NCBI GenBank assembly: GCA_013265495.1 | Contig: MU058257.1 | Coordinates: 565,418 to 629,417 of the forward strand | DNA: 64,000 nt | Origin: Vicugna vicugna | Lineage: Eukaryota | Direction of reading: 5' to 3' | Shown here: positions 11,120 through 24,010 of the stretch, one piece after another | Numbering within the stretch: position 1 is the first letter of the stretch | How the letters are laid out: every line of letters starts with the position of its first letter | Program-made: the position numbers and the translations under genes | The notes under the pieces: generated by a model | Database searches by the model: none | What the model saw: only the letters and a program-made list of their open reading frames with translations | What the model was told of the DNA's origin: nothing

Positions 11120-12859
11120 TCTTAGCCCTTTTTGGTTTTTGAATCTCAGTCTCCTGACACGGAATTCCCTACACTGAAATAATTAAGTAAAAACATTCGG
11201 AAAGTGTGTGATTTTAAAACTGCATGTTCTTTGGGGTGGTTGACTTCTGCTCGTTGCCAAACCACAGCCCGAAGGGGTCACTGAGGCCCCCGCCAGCCAC
11301 TCCTGGCGTCTGCAGGCTGTGGGATCTGATCAGCTCCTACCTGTGTGCGTGGCCAGAAGGCCAGGCCCCGTGGGTAGGCGTCCGGTCCTGCTGTGTCAGC
11401 CTCTGGCACCTCCTGGGGAATCTGTTAGCTCACCTAGGAGGTGATGATTCAGAAAGAGTGGGAACCACGAGCTGAGCCCTTTGTCACTGCGAATGAACAG
11501 CAAGGCTGGCCTCTGTGCCAGGTGGCGTCATTATTCCTCATGACGGCTCGCTGGGGCGCTGGGGCCAGGGAAGTTGAATCTTGCTCTCATGGAGGGCACC
11601 CTGTGTGACAGTGAGCTCATCCTTACAGGGACGGGCCCTGAGCATCTGCTTCCTGTTGGTGATTCATGGTCCCGAATACCTGTGACCCCCGTGGTCCTCC
11701 TCCTGACCGCATTTCTCTACTGGTCTACTTTAGAATGCAGAATTTCATCCTGAGAGCAACACTCATTTTCCTTTACTCACCCTCCCAAGGGTTTGCAGTA
11801 GAGCAGGCCTCAATAATGAGAGCTGGTTTGCACCGCTACTATGTTTATCCAAAGAAGATAAAATGCACCCCCTGGCCCCCACTCTCCCCCGCAAAAGATC
11901 TAGCAGAAAAAGCAAAGTTCATGTTACCCCTAAAAAGATCTTAAACCATTTTGTTTTGCTTGTGGTTTCTCATTTCCTGAGACTATGAGAAAGTTTGACC
12001 TAGCTTCCCCGCCCCCCTTTTTAATATATTTTATTGGAAGGAGAGAATGCTCTTGTCACTAAAGCAACATGAATAGGGAAAATGCCTGTGCTTGTTTGTT
12101 GTATAAACAGTGCAATCAGGAAGATAAAGAACCGATATCCTGGCCTTTTTTTCAGTTCCTTCATAAACCAGCCCGAAATGCCAGCCCAGTGTTGGAACAC
12201 ATTAATATAGTGGGCGGGACATCACTGACACCCTGAACCTTGACCTTAGACTCAGAGGGGAGGATGCCAGCATCCTAGTTGTTTTAGGAGGATGCCAGCG
12301 TTATCTGCATCAGTAGGTGGACAGCATGGTATCCATACAATCTGCACTTCAGATGTTTATTCCAGGATGTTGTTCTCTGGCTCAATTTCAAAAGGCGACT
12401 TGACCAACTACTTTGTGTCTGTAATTCAAAATTTTGTCCAGTACTGTTTTTCAGTACAGGGGGGCACTTAAAGACTGGGACGTATGTGGGCCTGTTTTCT
12501 TCTTTAACAGATGAACAAAGGGAGAGGGAGGTTAATTGGCCCAATGTCACCACAATGAACAGGCCCCTGGATGTCACTAGAATTCAGCTGTATTAGTCTG
12601 CAAAGCTTGCAGAGCCTGAATAACAAATTCTCCATGGGAAAGTCTCGTTTCTGAAATGGGTGGTAAGTTTTCCCAGAAAAACAGCAAAAAAGGGTTTAAT
12701 CTGATATTCATTCCATAAGGATTAATCGAGTGGTCATCCTATACTGCAGAGGTAACTAGTAGAAAGAAGGTCTTTGGAGTCTTCGCATGGCCTTTGGGGA
12801 GGGGACTTCTCCCCTTTGCTTCAATACAAGGTCATTTTCCTTCACTCTTTCATTAAGTC

Positions 12860-13190
12860 AGTCATTCATTCACCCAACAGATGTTTACTGAGCATATACT
12901 ATGGACTGGCTACTGAGCTGGGACCTGCGATTACGAAGATTCTATATAGGTCAGTCTCCACTTCAATTCAGAAAGCTCGAAACCAAGTGAGGAAGGGTCA
13001 GATCATTTCTGTTTGATATGCGGCGTTAGAACAATGGGCAGGATGTTCTGGAAGCACAGAAAATGTGTTTTGCACGCAGTCCTGGGATGGGCTGGTGATT
13101 TGGGAATGCCTTCTGGAAGAGGCGATCTGAGTGGGGTCCCATCCGATGGAGTTACTGTAGGGCTAGGCTAGGAAAAGGCATCCTGGCCTG
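12860..13190 (-). mobile_element. L2 fragment
   Basis: CATTCATTCACCCAACAGATGTTTACTGAGCATATACTATG is the antisense L2 3' terminus; downstream extent is approximate. Confidence 0.55.
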
Positions 13191-16132
13191 AGAGTTCAGC
13201 ACACACAGTCTGCCAAGTAAGAGACGGCATGCTGTGTGTTTATGCAGCCCTGCGCTGGTGAGCCAGAGGCGGAACAGGGCAGCTGTTGAAAGCCTAGTCT
13301 ATGTGGACCCCACACAGACATTCTGGCTGCAGAAAGCTCCATCTCTTTGTTCCAGGGATCGCCAAGGGGGAAACAGATACTGAGAATCACACACTGGGCC
13401 TTCAATTTTCTGCTCACGTCTCATTGGCTGAAGCAGGTCCCGCGGCCATGCCTAACCCGCAGGGGGCAGGGGAGTGAAGTCCACCTATTCGCACAGGGGG
13501 CGGAGACACTGAATGGCTGTGATGACCACAGCAACGGATGCTACCAGAGAAACCCAACAATTAAAGCTACTATATTTGATGGGTGTTTCAGCCTATTTTT
13601 TATTGGGTTCACCATAACTACCACACAACATAACCTCATTTTCTTCCTTGGGTTGTATTTCCCAGTAATTTAGTCTGGAGGGGGCACAAGAGAGAGTCCC
13701 ACGCAGGCTAAAAAATTCTTTTGATGGGACGGGTTTGCCTGAAGTCATTACCTGTTTCCACCTATTTTATAAACTGTGTTCATACTATTTGACTAGAACT
13801 TTGGGGCCGTGGTCTCCCATCTACGAAAGGATATCAATGAAATTCCAGTTCCTCGGTGAAGATGGGTGATAACTGCGTATCTCCCAGGGGGAGATCACGT
13901 TTGGTGCGATGCCACGAGCCTGGGAGGTGGCTGGGCTGGGGAAGGAGGCTGTGGCACGTAGCCCTGAGGAACCCACCATGTCTGCGGTGAGAAGCTGTCC
14001 TACTTAGAAGGACCCTCCAACTTCCTGGGGAGAAAGATGTACTTGCCCTGAGCAGTGGTTTGTTTTTAATGTCCTGGACACTGTGATCACCCTTGGTCAT
14101 TAGCTGCTGGACAGCACAGCATCCAGTTGCAGCCCAGCAGATGGAAATGAAGAATCCATCATGGAACCCGCACTGTTGCCATCCCTGGTCCATTTATATA
14201 CTCTCCCCATGGCCTTTCTTCTAGCCTTCCCTATTTTAGGTATAAAATACCCTGTATTTTACACTTTTTCGTTAAATTCTTGCTGAGAAAAAGGCGGAGG
14301 GGGAAAAATCTTGTTTCTTACAACTGACCTCATTCTTGCTGATGATGAAAACACAAACAACTCAACTAAAGGTAACTTGGCCTCTTTTAGTTAAAAATTA
14401 TCTTTCTCTGGGAAATTCTTTGTATTTCAAAGTACAGATTTACTCTGAGAGATTTTTCTCTCATCTTCAGTGACTTTTCTCCTTCTCCCATCTTTCTTCA
14501 AACGGTGCCTCGGGGCAGGAGGAGACTGTGGGGGTGGGGCTGTCTTAGGGCACGTGTGTGTAGCCAGTGACTTCAGAGAGGGTTGTAGTGGATCAGAACC
14601 ATCTGCGAATAATCCAGGAGGCGGGTGGCTGTCTGCCTTTCATGCTCAACAAGTTCTAATGAAGCCTGAATATCTTGATTTGTGAGCTAATTGATTCTGG
14701 TTCCCTCGGAGGTGTACCAGTGGAAGAAAGATGCTGCCATCTTGATGGTACCACTTCATCTTGAAGAGGACCAGGGTTTCTCCAGCTTCCTTTTTCTCTA
14801 CCCCTCATTTTCAGTTGCTGATCCATATCTCAAAGCTTTAAGATAAACTTGCCTTATGAAAGATGTTTTAAAGATAAAAATACTTATAGGTTAACACGCA
14901 TTAAGGTGTCAACACAGCAAGGTCTTAACTCTCGGGGAATACTGACCACAGTGGGTGGCATTCAGTGCAGCCAGGTGGTGGTGGGGACATGAGTGCCAGG
15001 GCGAGTGTGGACACAGCTGGCTGGTGAGCGGCTGCAGCGGGGGCCCGCCACAGCCAGGGTCAGACTTACATGGTTCTAGAGGACAGGTCTGAGAAAACAA
15101 AGAAGGAAGGATGTGGAAGGAAAATGCAAGAGTTGCCGATACTACGGAGGTTCTGAGGATGGAGACTGATCCTGGGGGTTGCTTTTTGTGTGAAATTGGA
15201 AGGCTTTTTGGCAAGAAGATGTGTGCCCAGGAGACAGAGAGAAGAGGGAATGTACACCCGAGGGATACTTGGCTGTGTCAGTGCCAACTCTTGGATGCAT
15301 TCAAGCTCCATTATGTTCTGGAAGGAACCATACCTGCTTTCACTTTCAGCCCCAATCTGAGCAGAACTCAGGAGGGACATAGACATGAGGGGCTCCGAAG
15401 AAAGGGCGCGAAGGCCCCTGGCCCTCTGGCAAGGACACCCCATCACGTCAGCGCTATGCTCTGCTGGGGCCATTGGATGACGAGACATTCTGGAAAGAGT
15501 TTGCTCATTTCCTACTGAGCCGGTCAAAGCACTGGCTGCTTCCAGGGCTCTTGCGGGCACACATTTGCAAGAGTACATCCTGGAGAAAGACAAGCAAGAG
15601 ATATATGGGCTACTCATTTTCAGGACTGTCACCGAGAGCACATGTGCTGTTTGCTCCCTTTCTGCTGAGGCTCTGGGTGCAGAGAAAATGTCATCAGGAA
15701 ACCAAGGTAACAGGAGGGTGTCCTGTTTCTGGGAGATTGTTATGAACTGTGCACCCTGCCCAAATATGAGTGTGTTCTCCTCTCTTGTGTTTTTCAGCTA
15801 ATGCCTGAGCCCCCACATCCTGTGTCTGTCATCTTCCTCTTCAGTTTTACCCTATGAGCCTGAAATGTGAAAAATCTCTGGGCGTTTTGGACAGATGGCC
15901 TTCAATCCTCACTGCCACACAGAGTTGCCGTGGGAAGCCTAGCCTCTGCGAGACGATCAGAGATGCTATGCTAGTCCATTTTGCAGTGAGGTCCTGGTGG
16001 CCCAGATCCCTGGATGGGCTGCCCTGGACCCTCCAGGACCACAGTCCCATTGTTGTCAGAGCTGGGCCAAGGTCGCCCCACACATCGGCTCTCCAGGTTG
16101 GAATTCAGCCTGTTTGGCTCATTGATAACCAT

Positions 16133-16870
16133 GAATGTAAACTGGTGCAGCCTCTATGCAGGACAGTGTGGCTGTCCTTTGAAAAACTAAAAATAGACTT
16201 ACCCTGTGATCCAGCCATCCCACTCCCGGGCACATATCCTAGAAGACTCTAATTTAAAAAGACACCTGCACCTCAATGCTCACAGCAGCACTATTTACAA
16301 TAGCCAAGATGTGGAAGCAAACTAAATGTCCATCGGCAGATGACTGGATAAAGAGGCTGTGGTATATTTATGTATACACACACACAATGGAATAGTACTC
16401 AGCCTTAAGAAAGATTGAAATTATGGCATTTGCCACAACATGGGTGGACCTAGAAATTATCATTCTAAGTGAAATAAGCCAGAAGGGGAAAGAAAAATGC
16501 CATATGATATCACTCATATATGGAATCTTAAAAAAAAAAGACACAAATGAATTTATTTACCAAACAGAAACAGGCTCACAGACATAGACAACAAACTTAT
16601 GGTTACAGGGGTTAGGGGGTCGGGAGGGATAAAGTGGGAGTTTGACATTTGCAGATACTAACTGCGGTATATAAAATAGATAAACAACACGTTCATACTG
16701 TACAGCACAGGGAACTGTATTCAATATCTTGTAGCAACCTATAATGAGAAAGAAGATGAAAAAGAATATATGTATGTATATGTATGACTGAAACCTTATG
16801 CTGTACACCAGAAATTGACACAATGTTGAAAACTGACTATACTTCAATTAAAAAAATGAAAAATAAAAAT
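16133..16870 (+). mobile_element. LINE-1 3' end (ORF2 C-terminus, 3'UTR, polyA)
   Basis: ECKLVQPLCRTVW..KLKIDLPCDPAIPL.G.YP ORF2 motif, then 3'UTR ending ACTGACTATACTTCAATTAAAAAAA. Confidence 0.93.
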
Positions 16871-17899
16871 TTTCCTCTGGAATAGTGGGCAAAATATTTA
16901 ATAACGCTCAATAAGGCAAAGTAAAGATTTGGATCAGAATGTGTACAGAGCACAATTCCTTTCTGATAATCAGAATTTTTCCTGTTACATCAATAGAGAG
17001 GAACATTTGGAGCTTAAATACTTGGGCATGTGGTTTTAACAAATCATTGAAATTCGGTAAGGACCTTTAGGGTGGAGTGTTGCTCTTCAGACTAAATTAC
17101 ATAAGTAAATGATCACATGCACACTTGGCATCAGACTCAATTTATTCTATAGCATAATATATATGTGACATGTTAAAATATTGTATATAAAGTATAATCA
17201 CCTGTAATATACAACATATAATTTTCTGTTAAACATATGTGACTACATGTAAAATACATAACGTAATCTACAGAGCACAGTATAGCATATAGTTTGTCTC
17301 ATTTCTCCTTTTGCTTCATTTCTCTCTTTACCTCTTATTATTTGCCCATTTTGAAACTCATCAACTCATGGTCAACAGAACAAGCATTATTCCTTGTTAA
17401 ACAGATGATTAGGGAGAGGGTTAAAGTAATATCTTGAATGACTTATTTGGAGTCTTGATGACTGTGTTCTGTTTCTGCCGGTGTAATGGGGAAATTGAAA
17501 GTTGGCTGGATCACATTTTAAGCTGCTCTTCACTCTCATTTCCCCATTTTATTTTTATGAGACTATTTCCTAGGCTAGGTAGAGACACTTAATTCAATAA
17601 TCAGTGAGTGGTCAGTGTCCGAACAGGAGGAAGAAGGAAAGGGGAGTTGAAAAGATTTTCCAATAAAAAGGGAGATACAGATGAATGGGTAGGAAAGTTA
17701 ACTGGTGAAAAGACACAGAAAAGTCTCGATAAAGTTCCTGATAAACAAAACCAGGTGTCCGAGGAGGAAACTGCTCCTTCCGCCTTCCCTGTCCATCTGT
17801 CCATCCAGCTGTTCTCTAGGGGCCACCTCTCCAATCTGGGCACACCCATTTCTGTAAAGTGGCTACTATGGATTTAGAAATAAACATACACACAGTATT

Positions 17900-18490
17900 A
17901 CTTTTTTTTCCCCACTGACTATATTCGCCACCCTGTACATTTCAAACCTGTGATTTATTTTGCAACTGGAAATTTGAACCTCTTAATCTCCCTCATCTAT
18001 TTTTTTTTAATTGAAGTAGAGTTGATTTGCAATGTTGTGTTAGTTTCTGGGGCACCGCAAAGTGATTCAGATTTCTTTTCACATTCTTTTTCATTATGGG
18101 TTATTACAAGGTATAGAATATAGTTCCCGGTGCTCTACAGTAGGACCTTGTTATTTATCTATCTTATATACAGTAGTTTGTATCTGCAAATCTTGAACTC
18201 CCAATTTATCCCTTCCCACCCCCTTTCCCCTCTGGTAACCGTAAGTTTGTTTTCTATGTCTGTGAGTCTGTTTCTGTTTTGTAAATAAGTTCATTTGTCT
18301 TTTTTTTAAAAAATTCCACATATAAGTGAATCTTATGGTATTTTTCTTCTTCTTTCTGGCTTACTTCACTTAGAATGACCATCTCCAGGTCCATCCATGT
18401 TGCTGCAAATGACATAATTTCATTCTTTTCATGGCTGAGTAGTATTCCATCATATAAATACACCACAGCTTCTTTATTCAGTCATCATTT
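17900..18490 (-). mobile_element. LINE-1 3' end (18001-18490) next to an older L1 3'UTR fragment (17900-18000)
   Basis: Poly-T then TTGAAGTAGAGTTGATT...; antisense ORF2 C-terminus (EIMSFAATWMDLEMVILSEVSQKEEEKYH); preceding CTGTACATTTC...GCAACTGGAAATTTG resembles an older L1MA-type 3'UTR. Confidence 0.85.
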
Positions 18491-18846
18491 AGGTTCACCA
18501 CCTCTGTTTCCCAGGCTGTGGGTCCTCCACAGAGGTCATGCCCTCGGTGTCCAAGCCCCTTGGTGTCCTGTGCCCATCTGGAAGCACACAGGCCTGGCTG
18601 GGTGCTAAGATAAGTGACACATTCTGGGGGGTTCCCCCTCACAGAATCAGACTTCAGGGCAGGAGTTGCATTGGTTAGAGTCTTCAGCCCACACACAGCC
18701 ATCTCGGGACCAAACCAGATACTGATTGGTTTCTGATGTGAATGAAGAGCGTAGACATTCATACTTATTTATCAGTCAGCCACTGTGTGTAAAGACCTTC
18801 CTATGACTCTGAAGGTCAAGAGAGAGAATCTAAACAGCTGACGACA

Positions 18847-18946
18847 GGGAGGAGGGTGCAGCTCAGGGGCAGAGCACATGCTCAGCATGCACAAGGTCCT
18901 GGGTTCAGTCCCCAGGACCTCCATTAAAAATAAGTACATAAATAAA
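18847..18946 (+). mobile_element. tRNA-Ala-derived SINE (Vic-1-like)
   Basis: GGGAGGAGGGTGCAGCTCAG...GGTCCTGGGTTCAGTCCCCAG head and (TAAA)n tail; TSD TAAACAGCTGAC at 18831-18842 and 18947-18958. Confidence 0.88.
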
Positions 18947-19859
18947 TAAACAGCTGACCTGTTTCTGGAAGACAGACACTGCATGCGAACCCCATGGCCT
19001 GGACAGAGCCTGGGGAGGGGACACCTCCGTTCCACATAGACTGCTTCCTGGGATCTAGGGCTTCGGGGCTCCTCCACTGAGAACACTGCCTCTGAGTTTC
19101 TTTCTGTGACTCACAGAGCTTTCAGCACTCTAGTTTTGATTTGACATGATTATTAAAGGGAAATTCTTTGTAACAGTGAGTTAGTATCATCCTGCTGATG
19201 GTCGCATGTCAGTTTCTGGTGTCCGGGTTACAGCCCGTGGGACCTCACACGGTGAGAACAGACGTCATTCGGGGTGAGTGCAACTGCAGAGTCAGTTCGT
19301 CCCGATGCCCATCCACACTCCATGCCCGGGAATTTCCCAGAATTCACTCCCCAGGCTTGCCCCTCCCCCTGCCCGGCTGTGTGTTCCCTCTAAACACAGT
19401 GGCGGCCTCCTGGGGATGGACTCTTGGTGCCCTCCCTCAGCAGAGGGAGAATCTGGTGAGAGGAATGGAGAAGGCCCGACCCCCTCTTGGCAGCCCTGCA
19501 GCCTGTCCCGCGGCCTCAACCCCGGGAAGGCCCAGGGCGGGTCCTGTGGGGACAAGTTCCTCCTTGTTTCCCACATGGCGTGGAGCTGGGGACTGTCAGC
19601 TGTGGCCTTTCCTTGAGTCATGGGCGGACATGCTCACACTTGGCTTTCATTCTGTGCGGAGTTAAATAGTCCATTGTTCCCCGCCATCTGGACACCACTC
19701 ACTGCAAATCAGGGAACAGACCACATCTCTATTTTTAGTTTCTTATTTAGAAAAAAAAAAACACCCACAGAACAGCATTATAATCAAGCATGGTTTCTTT
19801 CTTCAAACAGAAACTCTGTTCTTTTTGCTTCCAACCCTCCTTCCTAGGTGTCTCCTCCA

Positions 19860-21024
19860 TTTGCATCTAATCACCACTTGACATGTGGCCTCTCTTGTTT
19901 CATCCTATAGAAACTAGATGGTTTTCGTTACAACGCCAGCCGTGCATTTTACGGGGGATTTCAGGTTCTAAGGCAGGTCTTTCTGAGAAACGAGTAACTG
20001 AATAAGGAGAGGCTGAAAGGAGACGTAGGACTGGGCTTCCTGAAGGGGGACAGCTTCAAGGGAACAGGTGTCACTCACAGGGAAATCCGCTCATAAAAAC
20101 GGGGGAGTTGCCAGGAAGGAGTCTTGGGAGGTTTTGAAGGTAAATTCCAAGTAGAAGATAAAAGAAAATGATGGCTAAAGGAAGGCTGTGTATTTGCAGC
20201 TGGAAATACGATCAGAATGCAGAAGTGATAATAAAAACAGAAGTGGGGACGGGAAAGCTTTAAAGAGCTGAGTGAATAAAGCGGTAAGGTAAAATATTTT
20301 AACTCACCTTTAATGAGCTAAAGCGAGAACAAGCCAAAAAAAACAGAACTGAAAAGCACCGAGAGAAAATTTTAAAAGTACTTAAATACACTTCTTCCCT
20401 ATAACGGGGTTAGGGAGGGCAGACAGGAGGATCTTCTCAACAAAGGGCTGCAGGGAGGGCCAGTCAGGACACCATCGTCTGTTGGGGAGGCAGAAAGGAG
20501 CAGGGGGCCGCTCCGGGCTGCAGCTGAGTTTTTATATACAAAAGGCCTCAGGTCATTTTGAGCCGCTGCCTCCCTGTGTCCTGACTCATGTCCTTGTGCA
20601 CTGAGCTGTGGCCGCCAGACCCGCATGTAGTTAACACCCCGACACACCACCGATGGATCACCTACTCGTTTGGGACTTCATCACACCCAGCGGCAAATGC
20701 CACTTCATCTTTAGGGAGACTATGTTCTGTTTCCCCAGCCAGACAGTAAGCACCGTGAGGACACAGATGGCAGTCTATACATCTTTGCTTTTTCCACGGC
20801 ACCCAGCTGATCGCTATACAAACAGGAAGCAGGAGAAGTCTGTCCCCACAGCTGCTAGAGTTTCTACAGGGTCTTCAGGAAAAAGACCACCCGGATGTGG
20901 GGCCATCCCCAGGAATTCTGCAGCCCTCGGACGAATCCCGGTGGTCTTGTGGGTCCAGGGACTGAAGGACCATTAAAAGCTCTGAGCTCTTGTTTTTGCA
21001 TCTAATCACCACTTGACGTGTGGC
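19860..21024. repeat. Dispersed 30-bp direct repeat (19860-19889 and 20995-21024)
   Basis: TTTGCATCTAATCACCACTTGAC(A/G)TGTGGC present twice, 29/30 identical, 1135 bp apart. Confidence 0.9.
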
Positions 21025-22350
21025 TGCTCTCCTAAGTCAGAGAGGGACCGAGAGGTCACCTTGTTTGCCTCCTTCTCATTGTATCCGGTCAGTCATGCCT
21101 CGGAAGGACGGGTTCACACGCAGAGGAGCTGATGTGGGCCGGGGTAGGGAAGGTGGGAGCTGTCACCTGGCGGGTGCTCTGGGCTCCCGCCTGCATCTGG
21201 ACTCCTCCTTCCCACCCTTGGTGCTTGGGATTCAACCGAGGGAACTTTTCACTTAGCAGTTTAGGTAACAAGTGTGCTGGGAAGAGCCAATTATGTCTTG
21301 GTCAAACTACACAGAAACTCGTGGTGGTCGGCACAGGTGATGTTCAGACTTGTTTTCCTCTGTACCCGGTGGTTCCCTCCCATCATGGCGGGATCAGCGC
21401 TCTCATCCATCAGTGTTTCTCTCCAGGTCCGCATCTGGGTCTCTGCCCTGAATGTCCGGTTCTGGGACTTGTGCTTTCTTCATTCTTGAGTCTCATGGCG
21501 TCTTTCCTCTTTCTGCTCGGAGGGCGTCTTAGGTCCCTGATTAGCTGATGCCTCTTCAACTCTGAAGTGTTTGGTGTTTGGTATGGGTGCGAACACGGGG
21601 ACTATGGATGCAGACGAGGTCTCATGTGCTCTGTCCTCCCTGCCTGGAGTCTTCCCCTTCCTCCGTCTCAGTTCTGGGGTCCACTCAGAGCACAGACTCG
21701 GGTGATCGCTGGGGCAATGGCGGGGATTGTTGTAGGAAGGAGGTGTGTCTTAATCTGAGCTGAGTTTAGAAGGATGGGTAGGATTCAAATAGCAAGGAGG
21801 GGGATACGAAGGCACCGTCTGAGGGTTGCAGGTGGACCAGGGAGACTAGTGATGAGGCTGGAAAAGCGGCCTGGGTGTGGGCCCTGAGCGAGCTGAATGC
21901 TCGGCTGAGGGTCAGGCTGTCCTCCCCGCACTGTGGCAGCCCGGGGCCTGCGGAGCTGGGGACTGGGGGGACCAGTGCTCAGGAAGGAGCTGAAAGTGCA
22001 TCAGTATAGAGCCTGCTTCTTCAAGCCCAGCACACGCTAGGCCCTGCTAGGAGCTTCTGTGGCCCAGGAGGAGGGCACTCAGACCACGGCTGGCCAGCCA
22101 GCAAGAGCCAGGGAAGATTGGTGAAGACTAAATGTTTAGGAGCTTAGAAGTTGGTTTTGAAACCTGCTTCCTGCAGTGGATAGAAACTTGACATTTCTTC
22201 TCTAGTCTCTGGGCTGGTTTTCTCAGAGGAGAAGAATAGTGGAACCCTTCTGTTCTGGATCGAGATGACACCTGTGCCCCACAATCAAATCGCAGTCCTG
22301 GCAAAGGGAAGTGACCCCTGGGGTGTGCTCCTAATCTTGGTGGCTTCTTA

Positions 22351-22598
22351 TTTGTTTTCTGTTGAAGTAGAGTTGATTTACAATGTTCTGTTAGTTCCTG
22401 GTGTACAGCATAATGCTTTAGTTATATATATATTCTCTTTTTCGATTCTTTTCAGATTCTTTTTCATTATAGCTGATCACAAGATATTGAATATAGTTCC
22501 TTGCATGACACAGTAGGCCCTTGTTGATCTATTTTATATATAATATTTTGTGTCTGCTAATCCCAAACTCCTAACGTACTCCTCCCCTCCCTCCCATA
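22351..22598 (-). mobile_element. LINE-1 3'UTR fragment
   Basis: TTGAAGTAGAGTTGATTTACAATGTT...ACAAGATATTGAATATAGTTCC...CTAATCCCAAACTCCTAA, same family as the other L1 stubs. Confidence 0.85.
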
Positions 22599-23844
22599 AT
22601 GGTTTTAAAACTGTAGGACCCATTCAACTTTGGGGAAGACCGACTGACTTTTGGAAACACATATTATGGTCATTTGGCTCAAAGAGAAAAAAAAAAGCCT
22701 TCATTCTGAGAAATCTAGAATTTTCTTCAGTTTTGCATGTGTTCCAAGGAAGTGCTGGTGTGATTTAGAAGTGAAAGTACCTCATACTCATCCCTTAGAA
22801 GACAGCAAAAAACAGTATTTTAGTTTCTCTGGAACACCAAGACAGAGCCCAACCCAGCAGCAGAATGAACGGTTTGTGTCGGTGCCTGCAGGGAGGGCGG
22901 TGGAGGGCGTTCGGGCTCTGATCCCAGACGGCCTGAGCCTGTCCTGAACCCTAACATCTGTGCCCTTCCCGTCCTCAATGTCCCTCGTCCTCATCACAAG
23001 CACTGGTCAGGAGGATTCACCAGGAAGGTGCTCTTCGAACCATGTCTGCTTTGAAGTCTGTGTTCAATAAATCTGCCAGTTACTTGGAGAGCATGAATGC
23101 ACTCCCAGCAGAGCCCTTCCTGAAAAAGGACTTGGTTCTAATGAACGATTTCATCAATGGGAAATATTCTGTATAAGCAGGGGATTTAGCAAATTCCCAG
23201 ATAATCGAAAGGTGTGTGAGAAATTGATGGAGTTGGAGGAGATGTGTAGGGAGAGAACAAGCCTTGCTGGACAGCTGGTAAAGCGCAAATCCCACAGACC
23301 TCTGGACACAGGAAGGAGGCCCTTCCAGCTCATTATCGTGGATCAGGGAAGTTTTTAAAAATTCCCAGGAAAGTTCAGAGGAGGGAATGGCTATTAATGT
23401 ACCTGACCCCAGGCGACCCTGGCCCCGGAAGTTCACAACAGCCTTTTGGCTGGATCAGGCCAGAAGGTCATTTTTTTTTAAGAGAGCAGGAAAGGCTGTG
23501 ATGTGGGAACAGGTTAGGAAAACATGTGGCCGTTGCCATGCTGAATTCTTCTGGAGAGGGAGAGGGCAGAAGAGTTGAGTCAGTTTGATGAGGGCTGCAA
23601 GTTTCAGAGGTCAAACCAGCTTCTGCATCTGGGGACCCACGCAGAGCATCCCAGAGGGAAGGGAAAGATCGGGAAGAAAGATGGAAAAGCGGCCTGGGCT
23701 CTGGGACAGCCCACCGTGTCTGTGCTAGGACCTGCCCTTCCCTGAGTATTGCTGGGAGACTTCTTTCTAATTTTTTTTTTCTGGAGTCTTCCTCCAAGTT
23801 TGCAGCTGGGGCACATCCTTACTAGTGGACCACTAGTAGCAGGA

Positions 23845-24010
23845 GCCTACTCTGTACCATGTGCCTCATATGTATCCTCTCCATTGATCTTCACAGTCGC
23901 CTTGTGAGGAAGAGAGGAGAGCACTCATTTTGCAGATCTGAGGCTCAGAGATGGAAAGCAATTTGTTGAAAGTCACACAGCTCAAACAGGGTAGGTTAAA
24001 AGTCAAACAC
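23845..24010 (-). mobile_element. MIR element
   Basis: CATTTTGCAGATCTGAGGCTCAGAGATGGAAAGCAATTTGTTGAAAGTCACACAGCT resembles the antisense MIR core. Confidence 0.7.
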
